DNA of 64,000 nt, taken from the NCBI GenBank assembly GCA_964016885.1, contig OZ024740.1, positions 209,498,001 through 209,562,000 on the forward strand. The letters run 5' to 3'. The position numbers and the translations under genes are program-made. The stretch is from Eledone cirrhosa. Its lineage: Eukaryota. The notes beneath the pieces are model-generated. The model made no database searches, was not told the origin of the DNA, and saw only the letters and a list, made by a program, of their open reading frames with translations. How positions within the stretch are numbered: position 1 is the first letter of the stretch; each line of letters starts with the position of its first letter. Positions 1 through 15,803 of this stretch are shown in pieces.

Positions 1-29
1 CTCTGCATGTGTGAGTCACAGAGTAACAC

Positions 30-620
30 TGCAACTTGTGAGCATTGCAACTTGACCTCTGCATGAGTGAGTCACATACATGCAGTAGTGGAGCCATTGT
101 TGATAAGTTTGGACTACTTCTGTTCTCTTGTCACCACAATATGTGTTAATTCCCTCAACACACCATTTTCAATAATATCATCACAAGGAATCTTGGGTCA
201 GCTGGTTTACCATCACAATTGGAGCCTGTAAGTCTCGATCATAGTGATGGTAGTGGCAAGCACTCAGGTGGAATAACCCTTTTCTTATTTGAGGTGGGTA
301 AATCTCTAATCTAGGATGCCATGTGCTGAGACATGTTCTCCACCTCCAACTTTGTTGTTTCAGCCACAAACCTGGACACTGCTATCCATAATACAGAGGA
401 ATGGAAGATATCCAAATATTGGGACTTGACTGACTGCTTCTTTTTCATGTTAGTCACCGTTGTGACCTCTGGTGTCTTTAGTTTCTGAACTGCCATTTTC
501 CTCCACAAAATTGGGAGGAGTGCATCTCACCTGAGGAAGAAGCCACATGAGTTGGGGTGGCTGATGCAGTGGGTATTGTTCTTCTCTGTGGCAATGCTTT
601 TGCCATCTTGTTCATGGGGC
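30..620 (+). mobile_element. Degenerate CRE-like non-LTR retrotransposon fragment (zinc knuckle + restriction-like endonuclease region)
   Basis: Manual translation across stops and frameshifts gives ..SHTCSSGAIVDKFG..NLGSAGLPSQLEPVSLD..GITLFLFEVGKSLI*DAMC..EEWKISKYWDLTDCFFFMLVTVVTSGVF. This resembles the CRE-clade C-terminus (HxCxCG..LEPxGL..DGxRPDG..WDATC..AExxKxxKY..F.P.A.ET.G). Boundaries approximate. Confidence 0.7.
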
Positions 621-1381
621 ACAGCTTAGATATATCACCTAGACTGAGGTGTATAGTCTACTCCTCCTATACCCTCCCTCTTACTTTCATTATTTATGTG
701 TGTGTGTGTGTGTGTTTTTTTTCCCCAAACATCATATAACTTAATAGAGCAATGATTGAAAGTGGGATATGGCCTGAATATTTTTTTATGCTCTACCAAT
801 GATTATTTTGCCAATTGTGAACACTGATATCAATTACTATTATTGCCATCATCATAGTTGGTAGTATCACTATCATCAGTCCTCCCAACTCATTTTTCTA
901 TAGTTTGACAAATAATAGGCACACAAAAAATAGGTGTAGTATTTTGCCTTCCATTTCTTTTTCTTTTTTTTTCCATCCATTCTGACTTTCAAACTTTTCT
1001 TCTCTTCTTTAATTCTTAACATCCTGTATTACATTAAACCACTTTAGCAAGGCATTTTTGAAAAGTATAAAATATCACTATGTCTGCTTCACATTAAAAA
1101 TTAAAGTTTACTGCAAATTTTCACTAAGATCTGTGCATTAGTTATGATACTATAAACATCTGAATTGACAAACACTTTTTTAATATATTTTCTGCTAAAT
1201 CATTATAGGATGTTAATAGTTAAGATCTGCTATAATATCACATTAAAAATTATAGATTTCACTTTAGTTTATTGCAAATTTACACAATGATCTGTGCATT
1301 AGTAGATACTATAAACATCTGAATTAACACTCATGGTTTTAGATATTTTCTTCTAAATCATTACATGATATTTAGAATTAA

Positions 1382-1584
1382 CCCTTTAGCATTTAAACTG
1401 GCCATATCCGGCCAGGATTCTCTCACCTGTTTCTGTTCAAACTGGCCGTAACTGGCTGTTCATACTTATGTTAAGGTGTTGTTCTCAAAATAAATAGTAT
1501 CAAAATCTCATAGATTCGATATTATGTGAGGTAAATCCTTTACCGTGAAAATACAATAGTAAATATAATGTAAATGCTAAAGGG
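1382..1584. mobile_element. piggyBac-type MITE (family 1)
   Basis: TIRs CCCTTTAGCATTTA...TAAATGCTAAAGGG with TTAA on both sides; other copies occur in the window. Confidence 0.85.
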
Positions 1585-2574
1585 TTAAGGTATGCTATAA
1601 TAACTATAAATATTTATTTATTCATTCAGCTTCAGAATCAGTAATTTTCCTTCATATCTTATATTTTAAAATAAGATTTTTAAAAAATGAACTTTTCCAA
1701 ATTTTGTTATATTTCTGAAATATAAATGGAATATATCATTAAATAATTGTTTTTTTTTATTTTCAATTTTTCCTTTATTGTTGATCATTAGAATATATTT
1801 TATCATAGATTGATTAAATTTCATTAATTATTCAGTTTACGTATGTTACTTTTATACATTTTCTTCAAAAACATACTCTTCCTTAAATGTTTAATTCAGT
1901 TTAATCTAATCCAACATAACATCAAGTTACAAAATTAGATCAGTCTAAAACAGACATTTTTATATTTTAGATAAAAACACAGATAGAGAATATTGATTAA
2001 TCATAATAGAATTTTTAGTTTGCCTTCTTTATTTTGTATTCTATAATTTAATTTTTTTTTTCTCTTTTATTTGTTACAAATTTTTTCCTTTCTTTTGTCT
2101 ATGAATATTTAATGTTGCAAATATGTGAAGCTGTCTCTTTGATGCTATTATAAAATAATACACTTGATGAAGTTTGTCTTTCAGTCACGATATAATTTCT
2201 TTAACATAACAGTAGTACAGTAGTTATTTAGTAGTCCATATTTCTTTACTTCTTTGTCAAGGTAAGTCGATTACAATCATATGCTATCTTATGTTGTTGT
2301 TATTTAGTCCAGGTCATCTCTGATTGAATATACCTATACCTATCATCAAAGACATTCCAGATGTGACCATACTTATTTTTGTAGCTACAATATACTCAAG
2401 ACCATGTTATCCAATGTATACTATTCTGAAATGTTAGGGTGGAATTTGAGGAAGATTTAACTGCTATTCTAATAAGTTGACTAACTCCAGAACAGCTCCC
2501 TTGTATGACATCTTGTTTTGTATTGTTTTCTTTTTTTTTTGTTAGATATTTTTGGTTATTATTACTATTATCTA

Positions 2575-2797
2575 GAGTGGGCAGTGGATTGACAGAATCG
2601 GGAGAGCGTCAGACATCATGCTTTGTAGCATAAAGTTATGGCCCTTTACGTTCTGAGTTCAAACCCCGCCGAGGTTAGCTTTGCCTTTCATCTTTACGAG
2701 GTTGAAACATAAAGTACCAGTTATGCACTGGGGTTGATTTAATCAACTTACCCCACTCCCAAAATTGATGGCCTTGAGCCTAAATAAGAAACCGTTA
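2575..2797 (+). mobile_element. tRNA-derived SINE family A copy
   Basis: B-box-like GAGTTCAAACCC, conserved core TTTGCCTTTCATC..ATAAAGTACCAG and (ATT)n-like tail; about 30 copies or fragments in the window. Confidence 0.85.
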
Positions 2798-3217
2798 TAA
2801 TTGCAGTCAAGGTTACAGTGGCTTTTTGTAGGCTTTCTCCATGAGTGACCCTCAGAGGTTTCCCCACTTTTGGGGAATTTATTATGTTTTTAAATGTTTA
2901 TTTTTTAGTCTTCTTTATAAACCTTTCTCTCGCAAAAAAAAAACCCACACTGTACTGACCTGTAACATCCTTATTGACCTCTTAATGTAAGCCTTGTGTG
3001 GCTAATAATGAAATATTTATTATTATTATTATTAAAATAAAGTACCAGTAATGCACTGGGGTAATTGCTGGCCTTGTGCCTAAAGTAGAAACAATTATTA
3101 TTAAAATAAATATTATTATAAAGCACCAGTATCGTACTGGGGTCGATTTAATCAACTTTCCTCTCGCCCCAAATTACTGGCCTTGTGCCTATACTAGAAA
3201 TCATCATTATTATTATT

Positions 3218-3575
3218 AAAGCTCTCATCGACTTTTTCAAGTTCTGTTTGGAAAGAAAAGTGAGGGTGAAGAGGGAAGTGCTGCTCCCCCTTTCCACCAA
3301 GTATATTTGTTTAAAGGTGGTTGAATGTAGTGAGACTGGCCTGACAATGGCATGCATCTGAAGGCTTGAAAGAACAATCTTGGTGATTGAGGTGATCTTA
3401 AATCTGTGGGGCTTCTCTAATTACCCCTGGATGGTGCTCCCTTCTTTTGGGGGAATTCTGTTGTTACTTTTTCTTCTTCTGTATGCTCGTTTTATGTAAA
3501 TCCCCATTGACCCTTTTTTTTTGTAATGTCCTTAATGTTTTCAGCCCTAGTTGCCAAAAAAAACAAAAAGAAAAA
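3218..3575 (+). mobile_element. 3' end of a Tx1/L1-like LINE (degenerate)
   Basis: Residual coding KALIDFFKFCLERKVRVKREVL followed by a 3' UTR ending GCCCTAGTTGCC and an A-rich tail. Related 3' ends lie near 2950-3030 (+) and 7975-8030 (-). Confidence 0.45.
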
Positions 3576-3916
3576 ACATCATCATCATCATCATCGTTGA
3601 TGTTGTAATCATTATTATCATTAGTCTTGTTTTTATTGCATGATGCTACTGCATTAGCGAGCACAGCTCTCTGCACGTTGGGTAGATGCAGTATTGGGTT
3701 TGGTGGTGTTGTTTATATTGTATTCAGAGTAATCTTCATCATATGTTTGTAGTGCTGAGCAGTGTTATTTTATGTATGCTGTAAGTCCTGAGATTTTGAT
3801 AATGCATCTGTCTGTGTATTTTTATTATTATTTTGTATTGCGTATTGTTACTACATTACTGAGCACAGTTCAGTGTGCCTGGGGTATGTGCAGTATTATT
3901 TTTGGTGTTGTTATTG

Positions 3917-4470
3917 GCTTTGCGTTTCATCCATACAGGGTTGATCAAATAAAGCACCAGTAATACACTGGGGTCAATTTAATTGATTTTCCCTTCCCCC
4001 AAAATTGTTGGTCTTGTGCTTATACTAGAAATCATTATTATTATTATTATTAATGGCGGTAGATTGGTAGTATCGGTAGAGGGTCGGACGCAATGCTTTG
4101 ACGCATAGAGTTACGGCCTTTGCCATTCTGAGTTCAAATCCCGCCGAGGTTAACTTTGCCTTTCATCCTTACGGGGTTGATAAAATAAAGTACCAGTAAT
4201 GTACTGGATAATTTCTGGCCTTGTGCCAATAGTAGAAACAATTATTATTATTATTATTAGTGGATTGGCAGTATGGCGTCAGACACCATGCTTTGAAGCA
4301 TAGAGTTTTGGCCCTTTATGTTCTAAGTTCAAATCCCGCCGAAGTTAACTTTGCCTTTCATCCTTATGGGGTCGATAAAATAAAGTACCAATAATGCACT
4401 GGTTCGATTTAATCAACTTTCCCCCCCCAAAAAAATTGCTGGCCTTATGCCTATATAAGAAACCATTATT
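3917..4470 (+). mobile_element. Cluster of three tandem SINE family A copies
   Basis: Repeated GATTGGCAGTAT..GAGTTCAAATCCCGCCGAGGTTAACTTTGCCTTTCATCCTTACGGGG..AAATAAAGTACCA..GGCCTTGTGCC..AGAAAC(ATT)n modules; the first copy is 5'-truncated. Confidence 0.9.
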
Positions 4471-5682
4471 TATGGTACCATATTTTATACTTGTCATTAT
4501 CAATAAAAATATCTTTCTTTGGTGTTTTGGACAAGAACTAGTTTGAAATTTGGGTTTCTGTAGAAAATAAAAGGGAACAATAACAGAAGTTGTTTAATTA
4601 AGAGATGTAATTGAAATACCTACCCACTTTTTTTAAAAATTTGTATAAGAAACCTATTCTTTCTAAAAGGTTCAAGGACTTACAGTGTTTATTACAAATA
4701 GTTATCTAGAAACAAGCACTAAGGGGCTAGCCCTATAATGTTTGGTTATCTATATATGTAGAATCAATAGCATTTGTTTGTGTATTTAATGTAGCTTTAA
4801 TCAATTATACTTAATATAAAATGTCTATATCTAGTGACAATAAAGACATGTTTATGTGTATCTTATCATAGTAGGGCAAATATGATTATTTTGGTTGAGT
4901 AGTTATCTTATAAACATTCGAGTTAACTTTTAATGTCTTTATTGCATGAGACCGCGTTAACAAGGCATTCTTAAAAAGTACAAAACATCATTATGATTGT
5001 TTCACATGAACAATTGATGTTTTTACACTGATATTATGTGTATCCCTGCATGTTGTAAGAAGTGAGTAAAGAGGTTAGCTGTCAGGAAGGTCATCTAGTT
5101 GTAGAACATTGCCTCAAAAGTCCTGTCCAACCCCTGCCAGCATGGAAAAGTTTATGTAAAAATGACAACAATGATGATAATGTTGATAATGATGGCGATT
5201 ACAAATTTTCACGATCTGTCCACTAGTAAACTGTAAACATTTGAATTAATAAACCCATATTTAGATATTTTCTGCTAAATCATTGCAGGATGTTTAGAGT
5301 TAAAGACATTTTCTTTGTTTCTATTGTTTTACTATCAGGCACCGAAATGACAGAAGTGTTAAAATGTCAGATTAAGTTCTTTGTGATACCTTCTCCATTT
5401 TCCTGCATTCTCAGTTCTAATCTCACCAAAGCTGACTGTGCCTTTCTTCCTTCCAGGGTTGATGTACCAGTCTAGGACAATAGACTGGTAGAATTCTTAG
5501 AGAGTATTTACAGTATTTGTTGAAGTATTTATGATATTTAGCTTTCTGAGTTCAAATCCCACTACAGCCTACATAGATGATAGACTTAATCTGTTGCCCA
5601 GTTTAACACCATCACCTTGCCTTTAGGTGTTTTTAGCAGAATCCACTTTGTTACAAGCATCTGAGACAGGTTTCAGGTTTAG

Positions 5683-5889
5683 CCCGTTATCATTTACATT
5701 ACTCTATATTTCCTATTGTATTTTTGTCGTAAAGGATTTATCTTACTTAATTATGTCACATAATATTGAAGCTACGAGATTTTAATGTTATTTATTTTGA
5801 GAACAATAGCTAAACATCTGTATGGCTGGCTTGAACATAAAGAGGTGAGAGAATTCTGGCCGGATATGGCTGGTCTAAATGCTAAAGGG
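5683..5889. mobile_element. piggyBac-type MITE (family 1), inverted relative to the 1382 copy
   Basis: Ends AAATGCTAAAGGG-TTAA; internal sequence is the reverse complement of 1382-1584. Confidence 0.75.
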
Positions 5890-6309
5890 TTAAGGACCCT
5901 TTCCTCCCTCCCATCAGTCATAGAAACCATGAAAAGGGTCATGTACACAGCCCTCCCTATCTGACTCCTTAAATTAAAAAAAAAAATTACTTATCAGATA
6001 TGATCTTGTATTTTTTCACTTTTTCCATCAACATGTCTTTTCCCTAATTTTATCAATTTCAAACAGTCAACTTTCAAGTCCCAACTAATACTTGCTGAAC
6101 AAATTAAGAATTATCTAATATATCTCTGTAGTGTTTGTCTAAATTATGATTTACAAAGGACTAAAATATAACTGTACTTTTGGGATGATATATTTGGATA
6201 GGAGCTTTTAACCATTTCATTGCCTTATTCCTTATGAAATGTACTGTATTTGAATTAATTACTGAATAACAGGGAGGGAATCACTAAAATTATGGTATTT
6301 GTAAGATGG

Positions 6310-6720
6310 TCATGAATCTTGGATAATCACCGAAAGAATACAATTGCAAATACAAGCAGCTGATATGGGGTTCCTCCAAAGGGTCTTTGGAGTAACATTA
6401 CTCGATAGAGTGTGTAGCTTGGAGATCAGAGAATCACTCCAGGTAAAGCCACTACTTCTCTGAATTGAGAGATCACAGCTTCAATACTATGGGCATGTGA
6501 TTAGAATGTCTCAGGAAAAAAATCACTGGACAGATTTTACAGGCAAAACGAACTGGCAGGATACCCAGGGTATCCATTGGATAACATCTATGAGCTTGGC
6601 TAGTCGCTTGGGGATCCAGCTGGATCAGTTGGAGATGGTTGCTTCTGACAGGACCTGCTGGAAGGAGTGTTTGAGGACTTTGCTCCATGACCCTCTCAGG
6701 AATAAGTGGACGAAGAAGAA
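6310..6720 (+). mobile_element. RTE-clade LINE 3' fragment (degenerate)
   Basis: Translation across breaks ..ERIQLQIQAADMGFLQRVFGVTLLDRV..IERSQLQYYGHVIRMSQEK.. matches the RTE C-terminal pattern LxWxGHVxRM. Homologous copy at 37300-37690. Confidence 0.7.
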
Positions 6721-6747
6721 CAACTTATGTTGAAAGGTTTTGATTTA

Positions 6748-6905
6748 CGAGGGTTAGCTGAAAAATTCATCAGCTGACCAAGGTACTCTCATGGAATGAG
6801 AAACAATGCAATTATTCATATGAGTTGAAATTCATGCATGCAAGAATTCTCAGCTTTAGCATCACTCCTTCATAGTCAGCCTATGAACTTTTCAGCCCAC
6901 TCTCA
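6748..6905. mobile_element. Tc1/mariner-type MITE
   Basis: TA-flanked imperfect TIRs CGAGGGTTAGCTGAAAAATTCAT..GCTGAC / GTCAGCCTATGAACTTTTCAGCC. Related copies at 8842-9030 and 47062-47255. Confidence 0.75.
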
Positions 6906-7134
6906 TAAATATAAACAGTTTGAAATTAACAGTTCTGTAACATAAAACTAGGGACAATTTCAGGCAGTTTGGTATCGAAAGGGTTAACTTGAGGAGGTAA
7001 TTCATAGAATCACTTGGCATGCATTCATATCGGAAATGAGAAACTCCAAGTATCAACTCCTGCAGATTCAATATTATTGAATGGATTTATCTAGTCTGTT
7101 GACATCTAGGTAAATAATTGAAGACTTAAGTTGT

Positions 7135-7660
7135 GGTGGTAAGGATGGTGGTGATGATAATTGTAATTATATGAAGTGTATGGCAATGACCATAATTACA
7201 ATTATGATGAAATGAATGATAATGACAATTATGATGAAGTGGACAATGGCAGTAATTACAATTACATTGAAAGGAATGACAATGATGATAATAGCAATTA
7301 TGATAATCGTAATTAGGATGAATGAATGATAATGATGATAATCATTATGATGAAATGAATGACGATATTAATGGCAATTATGATGAAATGGATGACAATG
7401 ATAATAATTGTTTCTACGTTAGGCACAAGGCCAGCAAATACCCAGTGCATTACTGGTACTTTATTTTATCAACCCGTAAGGATGAAAGGCAAAGTTAACA
7501 ATGATAAAGTTGACATTGATAATAATGATAATTATAATAAAATGGATGATGATGATGATGGTGGTGATAATTAAAATGATGTGGATGGTGATGATAATAG
7601 TAATTACAATGATAATGATTACAAGGAAGTGGATGACAAGGATGGTGATGATGATTTCGT
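7135..7660. repeat. Degenerate (ATG/ATA)n low-complexity tract with an embedded SINE fragment
   Basis: GAT/AAT-rich repeats; minus-strand SINE A fragment at about 7408-7500. Confidence 0.8.
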
Positions 7661-8405
7661 TATTCTTGATTAAATATAAATAATTTTGTTGCATATTTTA
7701 AGATTTACTTCTTTAAAATTTTCAAATGTCAACACTTCAGGTTAGTGATCGCTTAAATAAACAGTCATATATTTCCGTCAATGGATTACGTTACTGATTC
7801 CATAAGATTACATAAGACTGCGTTACACAGTCTTCGTTCAATTTCTGTGTATATTGTCAATTACGATTTTATTTGATGTATCATATCTACATGTATATAT
7901 ACTTGCGTATAATATCAATATACACACTACACAGGCTAGCAGAAAACCACCCGAAGTGTGGTTTTTCTGCTAGTGACAATAATGATAATTCTTTCTTTAT
8001 TGGCCACTAGGGCCGAAATACACTGGACAATAGAAATAGACAAAGACAGTGTGATTGGTCCAGTGCAAAGACAGTGTGATTGGTCCAGTGCAAGGCCTTT
8101 CTTTAATTAGAAAAGCTTAAAGTACAGGTATCACTTGATCTAGATAATTTTCACACGTGTTACATGAGCATGGCTGGCCATAGCCAAGAAAGGCTTTTTT
8201 TCATGCCACCCATGTGTGGGAGGGGGATCAAGTAGAGAGAATTCTCAGAATGGAAATTCAGCTATCATGTATGTATTATCAGTTTAATTTATCCATGCCT
8301 TATCATTGGTTTCATTAGGTGAAAACTGTTTATGCAAATATTGAACTTCAACATTATGTATTGATTGCTCTTTTTATTCATGTGTACTTACACGTGTGTG
8401 TGTGT

Positions 8406-8575
8406 GTATTTTTGTGGTAAAGGCTTTATCTTACATATATTACCTATGAGATTTTGATATTATTTATTTTGAGAACAATACCTTAACATCAGTATGAGTA
8501 GCAAGTTAAAGCCGGTTTGAACAGAAAGAGGTGAGAGAATTCTGGCTGGATATGGCCGGTTTAAATGCTAAAGGG
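8406..8575. mobile_element. piggyBac-type MITE (family 1), partial
   Basis: Right end AAATGCTAAAGGG-TTAA; internal similarity to 5683-5889. Confidence 0.7.
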
Positions 8576-8841
8576 TTAATCTACTCATATAAAATGTTTA
8601 ATCCTTTTTGATATGAACTCCTCCCAAACCAGCTCTGGTTTGATAGGTTCCTCTTTAAATTAAAACCTTCCAACATAATTTGATATAAGAACCTTTTGTT
8701 AAGTTGTGTAATGAAATAATTAATAATTCCAGTGAATCACTCCAAACTCTGCATTAATTAATTTAAATAGTATTTCATTAGAAATATGATAACGAAAGAG
8801 TTAAAGGGGACTGATTCTCTATTGTTGCTTGTATTAGAATA

Positions 8842-9030
8842 CGAGGGTCGGCTGAAAAGTTCATAGGGTTGACTATGAAGGAGTGACGCTAGACCTGTGA
8901 AATCTTGCATGCATTAATTTCAACTCTTCTTATTAAAAACTGTGTTGTTTCTTTCCAGGGTCTATGTTGAAAAATAAACCTCATTTGGTACATGAGAGTA
9001 TCTTGGTCAGCCTATGAACTTTTTAGCTGA
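8842..9030. mobile_element. Tc1/mariner-type MITE
   Basis: TA-CGAGGGTCGGCTGAAAAGTTCATAGG...GTCAGCCTATGAACTTTTTAGCTGA. Confidence 0.75.
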
Positions 9031-9449
9031 AATATTATGCCTCATAAGATGTGTCTACTTTAAATCATGTCCCATAATTAGCTGCCAGCTGTTCTTTTAG
9101 TGATTCTCTTCTTGTTATTACACTTTTACTTATGAGATGAATCATAAATGTTCTTTCTGTTTTTCATGGGAAAATATTGCCAAATTATTCAAGTTGGGTA
9201 ATTTATATTTATTTATTACCATGTATTCTTATTTGTTGTTGGGTCTCAAAGTCAGTCCTGATCAAGCAGACCTTTGATTGAGATATTCCATTTGTAACCA
9301 ACCCCTGTTTCATTCACACATAATGTATCTAATACTACATTGTTCAATGTGTCCTGCTTTTTTACGATGGTAGGGTTTGACCTTAAGGATATGTGGCTAT
9401 TATTTCTAGCAAGTTGAGAGACCATGCAAAGAATCCCATATTGGCTTGC

Positions 9450-9750
9450 AGTCGTGTTGGTGACACAACTAAAAACGCCCAGTCCACACTGTAAAGTGGT
9501 TTTGTTGGTATCACAACAAAAAGCACCTAGTCCACACTGTAAAGTGGTTGTGTTGGTGTCATGTCATGACAAAAAGCACCCAGTGCACAATGTAGATGTG
9601 GTTAGCATTAGGAAGGGCATCCAACTGTAGAAACTTAGCCAAAATTAGTTCTGTATAAGCCAGACACGGTCATCTGACCTGGCTTGTCTCACACGGGACA
9701 ACTCGTCTAACCCATGCTAGCGGGGAAAAAATGGAAGTTAAACAGTGATG
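9450..9750 (+). mobile_element. SINE family B-related body/tail (RTE-type 3' end)
   Basis: Repeated AAAAAGCACCCAGTCCACACTGTAAAGTGG modules, GGAAGGGCATCCA.CTGTAGAAA, and a tail CCCATGCTAGC..GGAA..GTTAAA..GATG. Confidence 0.7.
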
Positions 9751-9959
9751 TGTTTGTGTGTGTGTGCTCCCAGTACACATTAGGAAGGTCATCCAGTCAC
9801 CTATATTCCAAAATGGTCACTTAACTGGTCAAGCCACAGAATGCATGTAAATTGGATGATCTTGATCATCTTGAATAATATCTATAATGAATTTTTTTAA
9901 AGTACCTAGTACTCTGTCGAATAAATAATATTACTAATTACTTAACTTATACCATCTTA

Positions 9960-10007
<48 letters not shown>

Positions 10008-10010
<3 letters not shown>

Positions 10011-10325
10011 TGTAGTACACCCCCCCAAGATTTGCAGCCTTGGTTATTCATGGAATTTCCCTTAGAACCTAACTAATAATTATTTGTGGAACACCACATA
10101 TTCGTGGAATTGTAAATATCTTCCATGATTTTTTTGTGGAAATATATATTTTTTCACACGTTTTAATGCTAAATTATTAACAATATACCATATTTGCTGG
10201 CCTATATTTTACATTATGTTTTGATGTTTATAGGCATTGTTATGGACCATGTACAATATTTGCAGTTTTTCACTCTTCGTAGGTGCTCTAGAAACATAAC
10301 CCCCACGAATACCAAAGGACAACTG
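10008..10325. mobile_element. Tigger/pogo-like MITE
   Basis: TA-CAGTGTAGTACACCCCCC...CCCCACGAATACCAAAGGACAACTG-TA; degenerate CAGT/ACTG termini with TA target site. Confidence 0.5.
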
Positions 10326-11097
10326 TATATCACTCTGTGTAGTTATGCTGGTGGCGCAATGAAAAGGCAACCAGTCTACTCAGTTAGATGGGTCATTTGG
10401 TGCTATGATAAAAGCTCCTAGTCCACACTGTAATATGTTTGGCTTTAGAAGGTCATCCAACTGTAGAAACCAAGCCAAAATACAGATCATATGAGCAAGA
10501 TGTGGTCACCTGACTTAACTTCTTTCACAATGTGACAACCTGTTTAACCCATGCAAGCAGGGTAAAAAATAAGTTTTAAACGACAATGAGGATGATGATA
10601 ATGACACATCTACATATATATATATGATGGGAAGGGCATCCAGTGATGGAAGGCTTGCCAAACAAAGGGTTGGGATGACCCTTCAGTTGCATCAAGGTGA
10701 CAGTCTCCTTAGTGTTGGTGATATACACGATAAACGCACTCGGTATATGCTGTATAGTGGTTAGTGAAAGGAAGTGCATTCAGATGTAAAAAGGTTAGGA
10801 GGACCCTCAGTTGTGTCAAAGACAGGGCAACCTCCCTTATGCAATCAGTAGAACATGAAACCGTATATAGGCAAGACGACAGATCCCTGGCCTGTCTTGG
10901 AGATCAGTAGCCTTGCTTCAGTACTAGACCTATCCAACTCTTGTCAGGAGGGAAAGCAGATGTTAAAATGATAATGATAATGATGATGATGTGTGAATGT
11001 GTGTATAAATGCTTACTAAACAAGTAATATATATATATAGTAATAATAAATGTGAAGACTGAAATCCAAAGAGGGCTCGATTATATATATATATTTA

Positions 11098-11128
<31 letters not shown>

Positions 11129-11130
11129 TA

Positions 11131-11379
11131 TCACCTTGACCGACCAGTCTGTCGGGCGCCAATCTGCGCCGCTGGTCACAGCAAGTCGTGTTGTTTTAGC
11201 CATAAGATAACGCCATCCCACTGGCTGGGCGGGCAGGTACTCATTTCTACAGCTGAGTAAACTGGAGCAATGTGAAATAAAGTGTCTTGCTCAAGGAAAC
11301 AACACATCACCCAATCCGAGAATGGAACTCACAACCTTTCGATTGCAAGCCCAATGCTCTAACCACTAAGCCATGCGCC

Positions 11380-11383
<4 letters not shown>
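11131..11383 (-). mobile_element. tRNA-derived CORE-like SINE (family B head, different tail)
   Basis: The minus strand starts GAAGGCGCATGGCTTAGTGGTTAGAGC (A box), then GAGTTCCATTC (B-box-like), then CCTTGAGCAAGACACTTTATTTCAC (CORE-like); TA-flanked. Confidence 0.85.
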
Positions 11384-11434
<51 letters not shown>

Positions 11435-11504
11435 TATGAAGAGAGAAGAAACATTTAGATATAATTAGTAATAAAATGTATCATACCTAAACTGCTCCTA
11501 GATT

Positions 11505-11592
11505 CCTCGACTACGTAGTTTCGTGGCATAAACAAAAACAATACATCATAAAGATATAGAGTCTTTGCGAGGTCTGCCGACTTATCAAGAGG
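11505..11592 (-). ncRNA. Type I hammerhead ribozyme (U3-A8 core variant), copy 1
   Basis: Minus strand reads CCUC-UUGAUAA-[GU(C)GGCA..GCAAAGAC...GUUUUUGU..UGCCAC]-GAAA-CUACGUAG-UC^GAGG. Stem I is CCUC/GAGG, stem III is the palindrome ACUACGUAGU, and the cleavage triplet is GUC. Confidence 0.85.
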
Positions 11593-12097
11593 ATACCTCG
11601 TTTTACTAGCTTCAAGAACGCGTCTACACGACGTGAGAAAGAATCCCAAAAGGCGGAGAGGGAGATAGTCACGCGATATAACATTCGAGAAACAGAGCTA
11701 AGCCTCTTATAACCCCGAAGAAAATACCACGGAGGCGGAGGGGGTATTTATATCGAAGCCGTAGAAGAGGTGGTGAAGGAGGCGAGAAGTATGAGTAATG
11801 GCAGCTTTCCAGCAGTCACCACACTTCAAAGATTACTCGACCAGAGGGAGTTATGAACAATATATTTAGAAACACACAGACACATGCGGACACACACATA
11901 TACATGAATGCATCCACACCCAACCGTGAGTTAATGGTGCCAACCTTACCGATGTTACTCAATGAATGACTGGGACAGACCAATCCGGTTGAATTAGACT
12001 GAACCAGTATCAGAGTTAAAAATACATTATGAAGAGAGAAGAAACATTTAGATATAATTAGTAATAAAATGTATCATACCTAAACTGCTCCTAGATT

Positions 12098-12185
12098 CCT
12101 CGACTACGTAGTTTCGTGGCATAAACAAAAACAATACATCATAAAGATATAGAGTCTTTGCGAGGTCTGCCGACTTATCAAGAGG
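12098..12185 (-). ncRNA. Type I hammerhead ribozyme (U3-A8 core variant), copy 2
   Basis: Sequence identical to 11505-11592, offset by 593 nt. Confidence 0.85.
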
Positions 12186-12197
12186 ATACCTCGTTTT

Positions 12198-15078
<2,881 letters not shown>

Positions 15079-15092
15079 AACCCGTAGAGTAA

Positions 15093-15223
15093 ATATTTAT
15101 TATAAGAACAGATTAAAGTTTAAGCAAAAAATCGCTGCTTTCACCCTTAACGGGATCTTCTCCCGTTAAGGGTAAAAGCAGCGATTCTTTGCTTAAACTT
15201 TAATCTGTTGTTATAATGAATAT
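15093..15223. repeat. Fold-back palindrome, ~63-bp arms, 5-nt loop
   Basis: ..AACAGATTAAAGTTTAAGCAAAAAATCGCTGCTTTCACCCTTAACGGGA-TCTTC-TCCCGTTAAGGGTAAAAGCAGCGATTCTTTGCTTAAACTTTAATCTGTT..; TA-flanked. Confidence 0.9.
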
Positions 15224-15282
15224 ATATATATATACACGCACATACATACATACTGGGTTGCAGTTGTTTGGCAAACATTTCT

Positions 15283-15319
<37 letters not shown>

Positions 15320-15342
15320 ATATATACATATATATATGTATA

Positions 15343-15803
15343 AATGCTTGCCAAACAAGTGCAGGTATATATATATATATATATATAAATGCTTGCCAAA
15401 CAAGTGCAGGTATATATATATATATATATAAATGCTTGCCAAACAAGTGCAGGTATATATATATATAAATGCTTGCCAAACAAGTGCAGGTATATATATA
15501 TATATATATATATATAAATGCTTGCCAAACAAGTGCAGGTATATATATATATAAATGCTTGCCAAACAAGTGCAGGTATATATATATATATATATGTATA
15601 TGTATGTATGACACTTGCCAAACAAGTGCAGGTATGTATATATATATATATATATATGTATGACACTTGCCAAACAAGTGCAGGTATGTGTATATATATA
15701 TATATATATATATTTATATGTATATATTTATATGTATGTATGACACTTGCCAAACAAGTGCAAGTCAGGATATATCTACATATGACACTTGCCAAGCAAG
15801 TAC
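15343..15803. repeat. Array of ~10 copies of CTTGCCAAACAAGTGCAGG separated by variable (TA)n spacers
   Basis: Six AAATG-prefixed units and four TATGACA-prefixed units; the last two are degenerate. Confidence 0.9.

Noticed and set aside
7761-7820. Minus-strand CAGU-CUUAUGU..GAAAUAUAUG-ACUG fold
   Set aside because: Two core substitutions and a G at the cleavage position; cannot be supported as a ribozyme.
7936-7973. Short hairpin CTAGCAGAAAACCAC-N7-GTGGTTTTTCTGCTAG
   Set aside because: It is a real inverted repeat but too short and isolated to assign a function; bacterial-style terminators do not apply here.
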